The notes below the pieces were generated by a model. It saw only the letters and a program-made list of their open reading frames with translations. It made no database searches and was not told the origin of the DNA. Positions 28,617 to 42,071 of a stretch of 64,000 nucleotides of DNA are shown in pieces (the stretch's first letter is position 1; every line of letters begins with the position of its first letter). The DNA is taken from NCBI GenBank assembly GCA_951406725.2, contig OX597836.1, positions 27,466,001 to 27,530,000 on the forward strand, written 5' to 3'. Source of the stretch: Octopus vulgaris. Taxonomy: Eukaryota. Made by a program: the position numbers and the translations under genes.

Positions 28617-29252
28617 GGAATGTGGAAGAGAAACCGATTGGAACTAGATAAAAATTGAAATGATGTTACTGAGAATTACATTTCACTAAAGCTTGCTAAA
28701 ATTATTGAAACAAAGATGGCGCCGAAACTTATGGAGAAAAACGCATTGAGTCATGGGACGTAAAGCGACAGAACATAAACAAACACAGGTATTTAGACCG
28801 GTGTAAATATTAAGACATGTCTATAGAGAATTCTAATATTTATAGAAGAGCATGCGCATGCAACACACACACAGACACTCACATACATGCATATATAAAT
28901 TCATAGATATGTATATGTAGCATAGATGTATACACGAATGTATGCATGCATGTATGTATGCATGTATATATGTATGTATGTACGTATGTATGTATGTATA
29001 TATGTATGTATGTATGCATGTATGTATGCATGTATGTATGCATTTATGTATGTATGCATGTATGTATACATGTATGTATATATGTATGTATGTATATATG
29101 TATGTATGTATGTATGTATGCATGTATGTATGTATGTATATATGTATGTATGTATGCATGTATGTATGTATGTATGTATACATGTATGTATGTATGTTTG
29201 TATGTATATCTGTATGTATGTATGTATGTATGTATGTATGTATGTATGTATG

Positions 29253-29303
<51 letters not shown>

Positions 29304-29409
29304 TCAATACAGATAAAGGGTGAAATATAATTAATTTGATAAAATCAACAAATTTCACCAAGTAGTTTTTCGGTATGGAAAAGGACCATATTCGGTAAAA
29401 TTATATATA

Positions 29410-29476
29410 ACGGCGGTACATCAGCATGGCCGCAGCTCTGAGCTGATACTAGAAAAAAAAAAAAAAAAAAAAAAAA
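29410..29476 (+). mobile_element. About 45-nt tail module with poly(A)
   Basis: acggcggtacatcagcatggccgcagctctgagctgatactag plus an A-run. Confidence 0.7.
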
Positions 29477-29684
29477 TTATAACAATGAGGGTCTTTGCAA
29501 CAGGTTGCTAGACCACATACCGAAAGTATTAGAAATAGCAGCCAGACGACTGTTATTTCTCTTACTACAAAAATAGTGGGACATATTTTTGTAGTAAGAG
29601 AAATAACAGTTGTCTGGCTGCTATTTCTAATACTTTCGGTATGTGGTCTAGCAACCTATTGCAAGGACCCTCATTGTTATAATT
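29475..29684. repeat. Near-perfect foldback palindrome: 101-bp arms, 8-nt loop, 3 mismatches
   Basis: Arm 29475-29575 is the reverse complement of 29584-29684; loop gtgggaca. Confidence 0.93.
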
Positions 29685-29763
29685 ATATATATATATTATA
29701 TTTGTGTATGTGTATATATTTATAGACATTTGCATATATTTGTGGTATTTGTTTGTTTGAATC

Positions 29764-29795
<32 letters not shown>

Positions 29796-30326
29796 TGTAT
29801 GTATGTATGTATGTATGTATGTATGTATGTATGTATGTATGTATGTATCTATCTATCTATCTGTCTGTCTATCTATATAAATACATATGCACACACACGT
29901 GTGTGTGTGTGTATACAGACTCATTTACATGCACGCTTACGCACACATGCACTGACTGGCTCACATACACACGGGCAACATAATTATTATGATGAGTTCC
30001 CTATTCACCAAGTAACATGAGTAATTGCCGATAGAATTACAACGTTCCTCGTCGTTTCTGAGATTAGAAGCGCTATTTACGAATAAGAACCCCTTTCACA
30101 AGTCAGCTACCACGTTCGCTATCTTGCAATAAGAGAAGAGAACAGTGTGAGAGAAAGAGAGAGTGGGAGAGAGAGAGAGAGAGGGATACTGACAGAAACA
30201 GAAAATGAGAGAGAGAAAGTGAGTGAGACTGTCAAAGATTTTGAGAGAGAGAGAGAGAGAGAGAGTACAGAATATAAAAGTACCAAATGCTATTTATTTT
30301 CTCTTCTGCAGTTTCAGCGAAATTTA

Positions 30327-30612
30327 TTAAAATCTGTCTATCTCTCCGCTCAGTCGAAGTCGACTCTCGGTTATTCGATGGATCAATGTCCTCCAGTCAG
30401 TTCTAACCTGGGCCGCTTCTTTCAGATTGGCTATGTCCATTCCGGTATCACTCTTGATGGTGTCAAGCCAGCGGGTTCTTGGTCGGCCTCTTCCTCTCTT
30501 GCCACTGATCATTCTGAGCATGATGTCCTTCTCCAGGGATTTTCTCCGCATAAATATTATTGAAATAAACCACCTAATACACTCTTAATGATTCTGCTCC
30601 AGTCTGACCTTT
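30327..30612 (-). mobile_element. RTE/BovB-like LINE 3' fragment
   Basis: MRRKSLEKDIMLRMISGKRGRGRPRTRWLDTIKSDTGMDIANLKEAAQVRTDWRTLIHRITESRLRLSG resembles the BovB C-terminus (SLEKTLMLGKIEG.RRRGRQRMRWLD). Confidence 0.85.
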
Positions 30613-30686
30613 GACGTGATGGCTAAAACAAACCAAAGAACGTACAATAAAACTACGTACATATTTGTCTATTTATAACCACGTTA

Positions 30687-31011
30687 CACCTTCTCCTCGA
30701 CTTACGACCGAGTTCCGTTCCGACCGACTGTTCGTAAGTCGATCTGGTCGTATATCGGATTTATATTTTTCAACACTATTTTCATTCAAATACAACTGAT
30801 ACTGGAAAGCGACTGAGTGAGAGACAGTGGCATGCAGTGGGTACCTGAGTCCGAGGGAGGCCTGCATTGCCAGATGTCGCCATAGTTATCGTACACACAA
30901 TTGCCCAACGTCAGAAAAATCAATTATTTCTTTATTTATTTCCTTATTTTCTTTGTGGTCGCAAATGCTGATCGTCGAAAGTCGAATAGGTCGTAAGTCG
31001 AGGAGAAGGTG
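30687..31011. mobile_element. Tigger/pogo-like MITE
   Basis: Perfect 23-bp TIR CACCTTCTCCTCGACTTACGACC; TA TSD at 30685-30686 and 31012-31013; subterminal gtcgtaagtcga-like repeats. Confidence 0.9.
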
Positions 31012-31406
31012 TATACTATTTTATATTCATTACCAAAGCCAGGATGTTAACCTTGTACATTTGAAAATTTCCTTGCGTCAGTGATAGTTTGTCCACATCA
31101 TTCGTCATTTGATATTATTATTAGTTATTTTCACACCTAAAAGTGAAGCAAGCGATCCCTGATGAGTTTTAAGAATGACAACACTCGACTTTAAAATGCC
31201 GAAAGCCCTGCAATTTATTCACAGATAGACACGTACAGTTGCCAAGTGGCATCCTAGAGAGTGTGAGTGTGTGGATGTATATATGTATATATATATATAC
31301 ACATATAAGCTAGATCTATATAAACACATATACGTAAATGCATACACATATATATACATACATGTATATATGTGTATATATATCAGTATATCTATATATC
31401 TATATT

Positions 31407-31438
<32 letters not shown>

Positions 31439-31464
31439 CATACATCCATACATACATACATACA

Positions 31465-31500
<36 letters not shown>

Positions 31501-31539
31501 TATCTACATATATACACACACACACGTGTACATATACAC

Positions 31540-31612
31540 AATGGCGGTGCCCCAGCATGGCCACAGCTCAAGAGCTGAAACTGGAAAAACAAAAACAAAA
31601 ACAAAACAAAAA
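31540..31612 (+). mobile_element. About 45-nt tail module with (AAAAC)n tail, flanked by a direct duplication of about 70 bp
   Basis: aatggcggtgccccagcatggccacagctcaagagctgaaactgg; flanks 31474-31543 and 31612-31681 are identical. Confidence 0.85.
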
Positions 31613-31983
31613 CATACATACATACATACATATATATATATCTACATATATACACACACACACGTGTACATATACACAATGAGCGACGACGAGAACCCAT
31701 TAATAGTCAACTAAGGTTTTTCATGTCTCAATATTAATCACAGGACTTGCACTAATCTTATTTAGTCGAAGCTTCGCTTGTTATCAGAAGGAGAAATAAG
31801 TCGATTGTATCCACAGACAAGTTGCAGAACAATATATTCTGGTATGAAGATCAGTTTAGTAATACATATGTGTGTATGTGTGTGTGTGTGTGTATGTGTG
31901 TGTGTGTGTGTGTGTGTGAGTGTATGTGTCTGTGTGTGTGTGTGGGTATATATATATATATACATACATACGTACATATATAT

Positions 31984-33064
31984 TGTTGCGGAATCACCCG
32001 TCGTCGCCCGTCCCGAACGGCTCACACAAGATCCGCCACGGAATCCAAAGAGGCGGAGAGAGGAGATACAGATAGATACTGCCACAACCTCAACAGCACA
32101 GAGATACAGAGGCACAACCCGAGATACAACCCAAAGAGGCAAGGCAACAACTGGCAACACTGGCTTATATTCAAACAACAGTTTATACGACAATTACATT
32201 TGTTACAACATCAAGATACATCAAAGCATGCACGTGACTACTCAATACATAATACAACAGCATTTCAAGTAACAACTCAAAGCATAATACAACATCATGT
32301 AACAATTCAAGAGTACACGTCCCAAGACAACAGTTCTTTAAAGTCTCTTCCTAAACATCACAATCAACAAGTACTTTACTCTTCTTCTTCACAATGTCCT
32401 TTATCGACCACATCGACAGAGTCTCTGACTGTTCTCTTCACTGTTCAATACACAAATCACATACCTTAATTCCTAATTGAATCTGCCAGTGTCCCATTCC
32501 TCTCAATCCTGCTAATTCCTCTGAATACTGCTAAATCCTTCTGTACATATTCCCTCTGCACATATCCCAATCAGTGCCGCCAAGCTATCGCATCCCAGCT
32601 CGCTCCCAAGAATTCCAACGCTTCCAAGATTCCATCCACTCGCTCTGACCTCCAGAGTCCGTCTCTCTTCTTCGACGACCAGCCACGAACTCCAAGATCC
32701 GTCTGTGTTCCTCGACGACCGCTCAACGACTGCCCTGGTCCTTATACCCTATCTATATCGCCTGCTGTCTCTTAGCCTTTCTATTTGCTATCTGATTCCT
32801 TACTCTATCTATATCGCCTGCTGTCTCTTAGCCTCTCCATCCGTCCCCTACTGCTTATACCCTATCTCTATTTGCTCTCAGCCCTTAATCTGTCTTCCTC
32901 TTCTTTCACTTCTCACTGACCCTCTTATCAACCACACGAGGTCACAGGTCATTCCAAAACCCATTAGTCCTCCATTAGACAAAAGACTGTCACATTTCGC
33001 CCAGACATGCCGGAACCATAATTCCAATGTGGGTCACCAGAAAAGCACTTAGCCAACCGTAACA
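31984..33064. mobile_element. Probable solo LTR (Gypsy-like), about 1.08 kb
   Basis: Termini TGTTGCGG...CCGTAACA (TG..CA short inverted ends); 4-bp TSD ATAT (31980-31983 and 33065-33068, weak in TA-rich context); non-coding, with short internal tandem duplications. Confidence 0.7.
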
Positions 33065-33089
33065 ATATGAATGTATGTGTGTATATATG

Positions 33090-33136
<47 letters not shown>

Positions 33137-33289
33137 GTGTGTGTGTGTGTGTGTATGCGCGCGCGTTGCTGTGTGATAAATAGCTTGATTTCCAACCACA
33201 TGGTTCCGGGTTCAGTCCCACTGCATGACACATTGGGCAAGTATCTCCTACTATAACCTCGAACCGAATAGATTAGAAGTCAGCACACA

Positions 33290-33600
33290 ATACTTGACGT
33301 AAAAGAAACACCCACAGGTACACAAACTAAACACCGGATACAAAAAAGAAAATTGATTTCGTGAAATACTATATCAGCAATTGACGACTTTAATGTGGAA
33401 AACGAAGTAGCCATCAAAAACGCTTGTAAACGACTTAAGAACAAAATTTAAATCGAGATCAGAATTTTATCCGAAAGAAAGAAAATTGGAACATTATCCA
33501 ATGAAAGTTCTTTAAATCCTGATGAAGGGATTTTTAGGTCCCAACATACTGGACAGATAAGAACAACAGCAACAACAATTATAAAAAAAAAGCAAAACAA
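33290..33600 (+). mobile_element. Degenerate Penelope-like 3' end
   Basis: QKRKLI....ISAIDDFN (GIY-YIG C-terminus-like) followed by a decayed hammerhead core ctgatga-a-ggga...tccc-aac at about 33519-33547. Confidence 0.45.
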
Positions 33601-33736
33601 AGATTACCAGGAACTAACTTTTAATCTTCGTTACTTTATCTTACAATCCATTTTGCTTTGTTTAGCCTTCTATCTCTTTCAACGTTACACACACACACAC
33701 ACTCACTCATGTATATGCATATACGTATCACCCATG

Positions 33737-33796
<60 letters not shown>

Positions 33797-34199
33797 CATA
33801 CATATCGTTACTATTACGTTAAACTGTCGTATGTCCAAATTTGGACTAATGGATTTCTTTTCAATATTTAATTTTGCTTGCAATATCCTGTTCTTTTGGT
33901 CAAACTATCGTGTCTCCAACTGCTTCAGATAAAAATTGTCAAAGTGTAGTAGAACGGTTTAACATTTTCCAAAAGTATAGTCGGCCCCCACATACGAGAG
34001 TTTTGCAAGAAATGTTTCTGACTGAAAATATCATACATGCATGGAGTTTACAATTTTATGCATCCAACAAAGTATTATTGTTAAGCTGAAACTGTTGCTA
34101 AAGTAAAAAGAAATGGAATAGTGAAACTATTTATTCGCTTTCTGCAAAAACAACATTTTGGACTTACGACACTTTTATATAATAGTAGCTGCTTTCTCG

Positions 34200-34583
34200 T
34201 ATAGGCGCAAAGCCATTCCTAGAAAGAATCAGTGACAATTACTGCGACATCACCCCTAACATCTAACCACCTAACTCCCCAGACTGCAACCCCCTTCATT
34301 ATTATGTGTGGGGCGCAGTTGAGCGAGAGACCGACAAAACTTCTTGTAACACCAAAGATGAACTGAAGGCAAGCATGATGGCAGCATTCACCATCTTAAA
34401 CAAGGAGACCGTCCAGAAGTCACTTGGAGGCCATGGTTAAAGCTAATGGCGATTTTATTGAATAAATTTATTCTTTAGTATTTCAAGATATTTTTTATGT
34501 AATTTTGGTAAATATATCTGTTAAAACGAGACGTCAGTGTTATTTTCATTTTTGTGTAATTTAGACGACAATTTATTCAACGC

Positions 34584-34589
<6 letters not shown>
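34200..34589 (+). mobile_element. Tc1/mariner (DD37D/maT-like) transposase 3' remnant with right end
   Basis: ITPNI*PPNSPDCNPLHYYVWGAVERETDKTSCNTKDELKA...LEAMVKANGDFIE*; ends ...ttcaacgcactgtg. Confidence 0.8.
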
Positions 34590-34651
<62 letters not shown>

Positions 34652-34743
34652 TGTGTGTATATATTTATAGCTCATGGATAGGAATTGTATACGACGTAGA
34701 CAGATACTTTACATTTGAACATATATATGTGCATGTAAGATTG

Positions 34744-34846
<103 letters not shown>

Positions 34847-35186
34847 GTTTCCTTGTGTGCATTGCCCCCAAAATATTTGACCAGCTTAGATTTCATTACC
34901 TAATCCAATTTTCTTAAGAGTTGTCAGGTGATGGAATGGAATGGTAATGGAGTTAATGCTCACACAGTTTTCAAAAGCTGGTGATTTTCTAAAATGGTTT
35001 CGGCACCCTTTCGGCAGAAAGGTAGCAGAAGATATTCCGTCATGCAGAAAGATTTTTGTAGAATGGCAACGGCAAAATTGATCAATAGGCGTTTAGGGGA
35101 AGCAGTTAGCACGCGCAGTTACTAATTATACATTGGGTATGTACGCATGTAAATATGCGTACATACAGACACACACATGCACGCAT

Positions 35187-35228
<42 letters not shown>

Positions 35229-35419
35229 ACACACACGCACACATGCACACACACACACACACACACTCACAGATACACAGACACACAAGAAAGATGTGAT
35301 TAACTGTAAAATAAAACTTGGATGAGCAAATCTCAGTTCTCCTGACTTTAATTTCATTATGTATATATATATATATATATATATATAGGTATATATATAT
35401 GTGTGTGTATATATTTAAT

Positions 35420-35459
<40 letters not shown>

Positions 35460-35721
35460 TATATACGTACGTATGCACGTATATATACATGCAAGCGTGT
35501 ATATATACATACATACGCACATTCATACATACATTCATTCAAACATACATACCCACACACCACATATACACATACATGCATACATTCATACATACATACA
35601 TTCATATATACATTCATAATACATACATTCATATATACACACATGCATACGTACGTACATACATACATACATATGTACGTACGTACATACATACATACTC
35701 ACACATACATACATACATACA

Positions 35722-35752
<31 letters not shown>

Positions 35753-35904
35753 TTACATATATTCATACATACATTCATGCGTACATAGAAACTGACGCGG
35801 GTTCTCCAAATCTAATCTATTAGTGGCACAGTGAAGATTTGTGAGACATTCTAAAGATTCTTCGTCTCAGATTCTTTAGGTGAATGTAGACATATATGTA
35901 TGTA

Positions 35905-35971
35905 TGTATTTGATTTTTGATTTTTCCAGTTTCAGCTAATGAGCTGTGGCCATGCTGGGGCACCGCCATTT
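35905..35971 (-). mobile_element. About 45-nt tail module with (AAAAATC)n tail
   Basis: Reverse: aaatggcggtgccccagcatggccacagctcattagctgaaactgg. Confidence 0.8.
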
Positions 35972-36036
35972 GATGTATGTATGTATGTATGTATGAATCT
36001 ATATATATATCTATATGTATATATAAATAAATACTC

Positions 36037-36093
<57 letters not shown>

Positions 36094-37018
36094 CATACAT
36101 ACATACATACATACATACACACATATAAGTATGTTAATGCATGTATACATATTCGTATGTACGTGTGTGTCTGTACGTCTGTATGCATGTGTAACCCGAA
36201 ATATATTTGGGGTGCTTAACATTGATTACGCAATCTAATTTTGTAAGAATTGTCAGGTGATAGAATAGAACAGGTATGTAGTTATGTAGTTAATGCTCTC
36301 ACCGCTTTAAAAAGCTGGTGATCTTCTGAAATGGTTTCGGCTTTTTTACATGGGGATTAGCTGGTTTCTTGATGGAAAATGGCTGAAAAGGAGATAGCTA
36401 GCTAGCTAGCTAGATAGATATATAGAAAGAGAAGGAGGGAGAGAGAGAGGGGGGGATCGAGGAATAGAAAATGATAAAGAAAAATGCTTGAGATGAAGAA
36501 TGGGGGAACTAAAGAATACCCCCGAAACGGGGCGGAAGGAAAGAGGAATAATGGCAGAAACGGGGTTTCGACTTTTTACAGATTTTGCTTGTGATGTAAT
36601 GAAGAATTGTTGCGAAGAACAATGTTGTTTACCGAATTCTGTAAGCATTGAACCGTAAAGGAATTCGATAACCATTAATCTTATACATTATACATTAACA
36701 AGTATTCGATTGCTATCAGAGGAACATGTCTATACACCTATGTATATGCTTTGATCGTTTGTGTGTGTGTATACATACATATATACAGACACGCACACAG
36801 ACATATATAATATATGTATATACATGCATGTATACATATGCATATATATACATAAATACACACACATGTATGTATATTAGATAAGAGCAAGGGAATAGGA
36901 AATTATGCAATTAACTCCATTGGGTTACAGCTGTTTCTGGTATACGATGCACTGCACTCAGAGCTGAGTGCTAGTGCATCACCTCATAGCTCTGAGAAGC
37001 TTCCAGCATGATAAAGAA

Positions 37019-37052
<34 letters not shown>

Positions 37053-37254
37053 GGATGGATAGATAAATAGATGGATAGATAGACAGACAGGCAGACAGAT
37101 AGAAGTAGATAGATACACAGATATAGATAGAGAGATAGTCAGATAGAGATAGGTAGACAGATGGAGAGAAATAGATAAATAGATAGATAGATAGATAGGT
37201 AGATATATGGATAGATAGCTAGATAGCTAGATAGAGAGAGATAGTGAGATAGAT

Positions 37255-37288
<34 letters not shown>

Positions 37289-37415
37289 AGAGAGAGAGAG
37301 AGAGAGAGATAGGGGGGCGTGAGTTTTTTGAGGTCATTCATATGAATTTAGAAAAGCCGCATAGCTCATCAAACAGAAAGCATATTTGAAAACAAATTGG
37401 TACAAGTAATGTGTG

Positions 37416-37446
<31 letters not shown>

Positions 37447-38414
37447 GTATGTATGTATGTAAGTATGTATGTATGTATGTATGTAAGTATGTATGTATGT
37501 ATGTATGTATGTATGTATGTATGTATGTATGTATGTATGTATGGAGAGAGAGGTGTCGTTTCATGAAAAATCATCACGAAAAAAACGATGATCACCTCAA
37601 ATTTTCACTCCAGATTTAGTAAATCCGTTTCATCTGAAGATTATCCAGATTCAAACTAAGTATAAACTCATATCTCTTGGCTTTCTAATATGGCTGAAAT
37701 GGTTCCTGGAATTTGGGTACTTAGAAGGCCATAAAAACTGCCATAAGTCTTCGGTAGTTGTCCATTTTTGTTTCTCATGCATCGTTGAACTCTTCTACTC
37801 GTTTCATTTAACGCAAAACTGGCCATGTGTGATGATTATATGAAAGAATTAGATTTGGAATATTAAAAGCGAGTTTGCAAAACGAAAAAATAAAAGAAAT
37901 TGCCAACTTTAAAACAAAATGGTTGATATTGAAACAAATAACAGCTTGGCTGAGCAAAGGTTAGCTAACCTTTGCTAAAGGTTAGCTAACGAAGAATTGC
38001 AATATCCACGCGCCAGTGAAACCTAGAGTGTGTGCTTGCACAACGCAATACCATAGCTAACCCAGGACTGTTAGAAAAAGGCTTTTTACCCTACAAAACG
38101 GCAATTTGGCTATTTATCCTTTCAGAAGAGAAAAAAAATACATGGCAAAATTCTGCCAATGTTTGGCTTTAGTCAAGTGTAATCTACCACCCTCATACTG
38201 TGCCATTTGAAGACAATTTTTTATTTTACTGCTCTATTTGGTGGCTTTCTGGTAAGAAATTAGCTTCCCAGCTACATGGTTCTGGGTTCAGTCCCACTGT
38301 TTGGCACCTTCGGCAAGTGTCTTCTACTATAGCTTCAAGCCAATCAACGCCTCGTGATTGATTGATTCGATAGACAGATGTCCAAATTTGGACATACGAC
38401 AGCTTAACATAATA

Positions 38415-38472
<58 letters not shown>

Positions 38473-38869
38473 GAGTTTCTTTCAGTTTCCGTCTACCAAA
38501 GCCACTCAAAAGGCTTTGTTAGACCCATGGCTGTAGTAGAAGACAATTGCTGAAGGCGCCATGCAGTGGGATTGAACTCGGAACCATGAAGTTGGGAAGC
38601 ATATATATACGTGTGTGTGTGTGTGTTTGCGTTTATGTTTGGCCCCTAATATCACTCGACAACCGATGTTGGTGTGTTTCCGTTTCTCTAAACAAGCAAA
38701 AATGATTAAAAAAATGATTTAAAAAATGATGAAAAAAAACCCTCTCTTTTGTATTGCATTGAGGGCGATGCGGGCAAATTCTGCCGAACATAGTGGCCAC
38801 GTTTTCTGCTCTGCATCTACTCCCAGCTTAACATTAAGGTTTTCATAGCTCATTCTCAGATATTTTGTC

Positions 38870-39017
38870 GCTTATTTACATTATTTACATTTGAGGGATA
38901 TTTGTCCTCATCTTGTTTGTTGTTAACACAACGTTTTGGCTGATATACCCCCCAGCCTTCATCGGGTATCTTGGAGAAATTTCGAACCTGGGTCCTCATT
39001 CCTAAGGTATTTTTCAA

Positions 39018-39077
<60 letters not shown>

Positions 39078-39160
39078 AGTTATTGCCTGAAATCGAACCC
39101 GGAATCTTGGGGTTAGTAGCCGCGCTCTTAACCACTACGCCAAATGCCTGTGGGCATATG
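38870..39160 (-). mobile_element. tRNA-like head plus (TAA)n plus Penelope-type LTR with mutated hammerhead
   Basis: Reverse: tggcgtagtggttaagagcgcggctactaaccccaagattccgggttcgatttc - (TAA)n - aaaataccttaggaatgag...gatac-ccgatga-a-ggctg...cagcc-aaaa-cgtt-gtgtt. Confidence 0.8.
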
Positions 39161-39173
39161 GCGTTTCAAACTT

Positions 39174-39228
<55 letters not shown>

Positions 39229-39796
39229 ATTTATCACGTCCATAAACGTTATGAGGTTTTGTACTAGCCATCTCCTCAACTCCCCAAGAACTAGATTCGT
39301 GAAGGATTCTTGTAGAATATAGGATGACAGCTCTGTGCAGTTCCAATTTACGTGCTTCGATTCCAAAAGTCTTTTAGTCTCTTAAACAGCTGTGTTTGGC
39401 GATTTTGTATAACAGCAGCGATATTTTTTCCCTTTCATTGTCCCCAGTGGATTCTCAATTCTATGACCAAATCAATAAACTGTCCAGTTCTATTTTTCGT
39501 TTTATTTCGTTTCCGATTCTGACAACATACAACGTGGCAAAATCTTCGACCTCTCCTCTTTCGCCCTCTTTTAGTCTTTGATTAATCCTGTTTCTCTAAC
39601 TTGATTTATATCCTCCATTTGCACGAAAGAAGCTCACAGGGTCATACAATGATAATTATAATTATTTTCAATAACACCTCGAAGTTACTGCTTACAGCTC
39701 TCATCTGTTGTGAATCTCAAATTTCTTCTTAAGCTTGCAGTGTGTCTCTCTTCTCATCTGTCTTCTATTTTCAAGTCGCTCTGTATTATCTCCTAC

Positions 39797-40203
39797 TAAG
39801 GTGAAACATGCCGCCCATTCAAAACAAGGGTAGAAGAACATCGTAAGGCTGTGACAAGAGGAGATATTGATAAATCTGGTATAGCTGATCATGTATGGAA
39901 AAACGGAGACCACCTTCCCCTGTGGGATGAAGTTCAAATAATATACAAAGAACACCACAGGAAAATACGAAAACTAAAAGAGCAGCACGTATGCTAGGAC
40001 ACAACAACCTCCTAAGCAGACCTAGTGCAGATATGAGTAGAATATGGGAATCAGTATTAATGAAGGGTACAAAATATTAAGTTTGTAAGACCTAAAATTC
40101 ACTCTATAATTGCCCATGGGTATATAGCGTAATGGTTAAGAGCGCGGGATACTAACCCCAAGATTCCGAGTCCAATTCTTGGCAGTGCCTTGAATAAATG
40201 ATG

Positions 40204-40240
<37 letters not shown>

Positions 40241-40425
40241 TAATAATAATAATGATGATAATAATATCAGCAAAAAAATACCTTAGGAATGAGAACCCAG
40301 GGTTGGGTTCAAAAAATCCCACCAGGATACCTGATGAAGGCTGGAGAGTAAATCAGCCGAAACGTTGTGGTAATAACAAATAAGATGAGGACACGTATCC
40401 GTCCAATGTAAATAATGTAAATAAG
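39797..40425 (+). mobile_element. Penelope-like element 3' end: GIY-YIG endonuclease C-terminus, tRNA-like segment, (TAA)n and LTR with hammerhead
   Basis: From 39800: GETCRPFKTRVEEHRKAVTRGDIDKSGIADHVWKNGDHLPLWDEVQIIYKEHHRKIRKLKE / ..MLGHNNLLSRPS; then the same module as 38870-39160. Confidence 0.88.
40326..40371 (+). ncRNA. Minimal type I hammerhead ribozyme motif (Penelope LTR type)
   Basis: gatac-CTGATGA-A-GGCTG-gagagtaaat-CAGCC-GAAA-CGTT-gtggt: intact core, 5-bp helix II, palindromic ACGT helix III as in Penelope minimal hammerheads; helix I imperfect. Confidence 0.7.
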
Positions 40426-40834
40426 GTACAGAATTCTTCATCTCTAAAATATAGAACAGTATTATCTTCGATATGATCACACGTTACTCGATTGCAAATG
40501 TTTACCCTGTCAAACACACAACCCCAATTATTTTGTATCTGTCTGGGCTTAACGATTTGTTTTTATCAAGTTTTCATGTGTAACTATTCTTTTACTTTTG
40601 TTAATCAATCTGTTTTAGCCACGAGACAGTGGTCATGCTAGGACACCGCCTTTCATGCACTTATATTATCAACTTGACGAATCGCTAAGTTACGAAACTT
40701 GACAGGACACATGAATAACAGCACCTGTTATTATAGAATTACAAACATAACTCTCTCTATCTCTCGCTCCATCACTCTCTCTCAATCAGTCATTCAATCA
40801 ATCACTCAATCAATCTCCCTCTATATCTCTCTCT

Positions 40835-40915
<81 letters not shown>

Positions 40916-41104
40916 AATCTATCTATCTATCTATCCCCCCCTTTTTTAAAAATTTTATTCACCCCTTTATTTTGTCCTCTTTCTTTCCCTTTACGATCCC
41001 TTTTGATCGAAAACCAAACCCCCTTTTTTTTACCCCCAAAAGAAAAGCTCTACCTTGTAATTTGTCCTGTCTGTGTGCAGCCCTGTGTGGCTAATAAAGA
41101 AACA

Positions 41105-41218
<114 letters not shown>

Positions 41219-42001
41219 GAGTTCTTCTGCTGCACGACAACGCCCGCCCTCATATCGCCAATATGACCAAGGAAGCCATTCATACGCATGGCTGGGAGGT
41301 GCTGCCACATCCGCCGTACTCTTCTGATTTGGCACCAACGGATTTCCACCTGTTTCGATTTCTTTCAAATGCTATGCGCGGAGTTTCGTTCAATACTGAT
41401 GCAGAATTGAGAGCTTGGTTGGATCGATTTTTCGAGTCGAAATCGGGGGATTTCTCCCAACAAGGTATTGAAAATATTGATGGAAGCACTCCGTCAGTTA
41501 CGACGACGAGGGTTCCGGTTGATCCGAATCAACGGAACAGCCTGCTCGTGAAATTAACGTGTAAGTGGCTGAGCACTCCACAGACACGTGTACCCTTAAC
41601 GTAGTTCTCGAGGATATTCAGCGTGACACAGAGAGTGACAAGGCCGGCCCTTTGAAATACAGGTACAACATAAACAGGAAGTAAGAGTGAGAGAAAGTTG
41701 TGGTGAAAGAGTACAGTAGGGATCACCACCATCCCCTGCCGGAGCCTCGTGGAGCTTTCGGTGTTTTCGCTCAATAAACACTCACAACGTCCGGTCTGGG
41801 AATCGAAACCGCGATTCTATGACCGCTGCCCTAACCACTGGGCCATTGCGCCTCCACTTTGAAAATCTTGTTGAACATTGGGAAGAAATTGTAAACAAGA
41901 AGGGTGAATTCATTATTGATTAATTGGTTATTTTTTTATTAAGCCTTTTAAAAAATTAAAATTTTGATAAAAACGGCGGAAACTTAGTTGCCAACTCAAT
42001 A
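41219..42001 (+). mobile_element. Mariner (DD34D) transposase 3' half with right TIR, split by a SINE
   Basis: LLLHDNARPH...GWEVLPHPPYSSDLAPTDFHLF...GIEN | LVEHWEEIVNKKGEFIID*; TIR ...cggcggaaacttagttgccaactcaa-ta. Confidence 0.9.
41476..41858 (-). mobile_element. Full-length family R SINE with tail type 2, inserted in mariner
   Basis: 8-bp TSD ttgaaaat at 41468-41475 and 41859-41866; tRNA-like head at the right end. Confidence 0.92.
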
Positions 42002-42071
42002 TATATATTACGCATGATGATGTAAACAGGAAAAATAAAGCTCAAAATATGAGTATGTGTATATTTCATTG

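Noticed and set aside
29370-29400. Minus-strand hammerhead-like ccgaatatggt...accgaaa
   Set aside because: Core too degenerate to support a call.
31158-31205. Hammerhead candidate ctgatgag...ccgaaa
   Set aside because: Helix II does not close next to GAAA, and there is no helix III or cleavage triplet.
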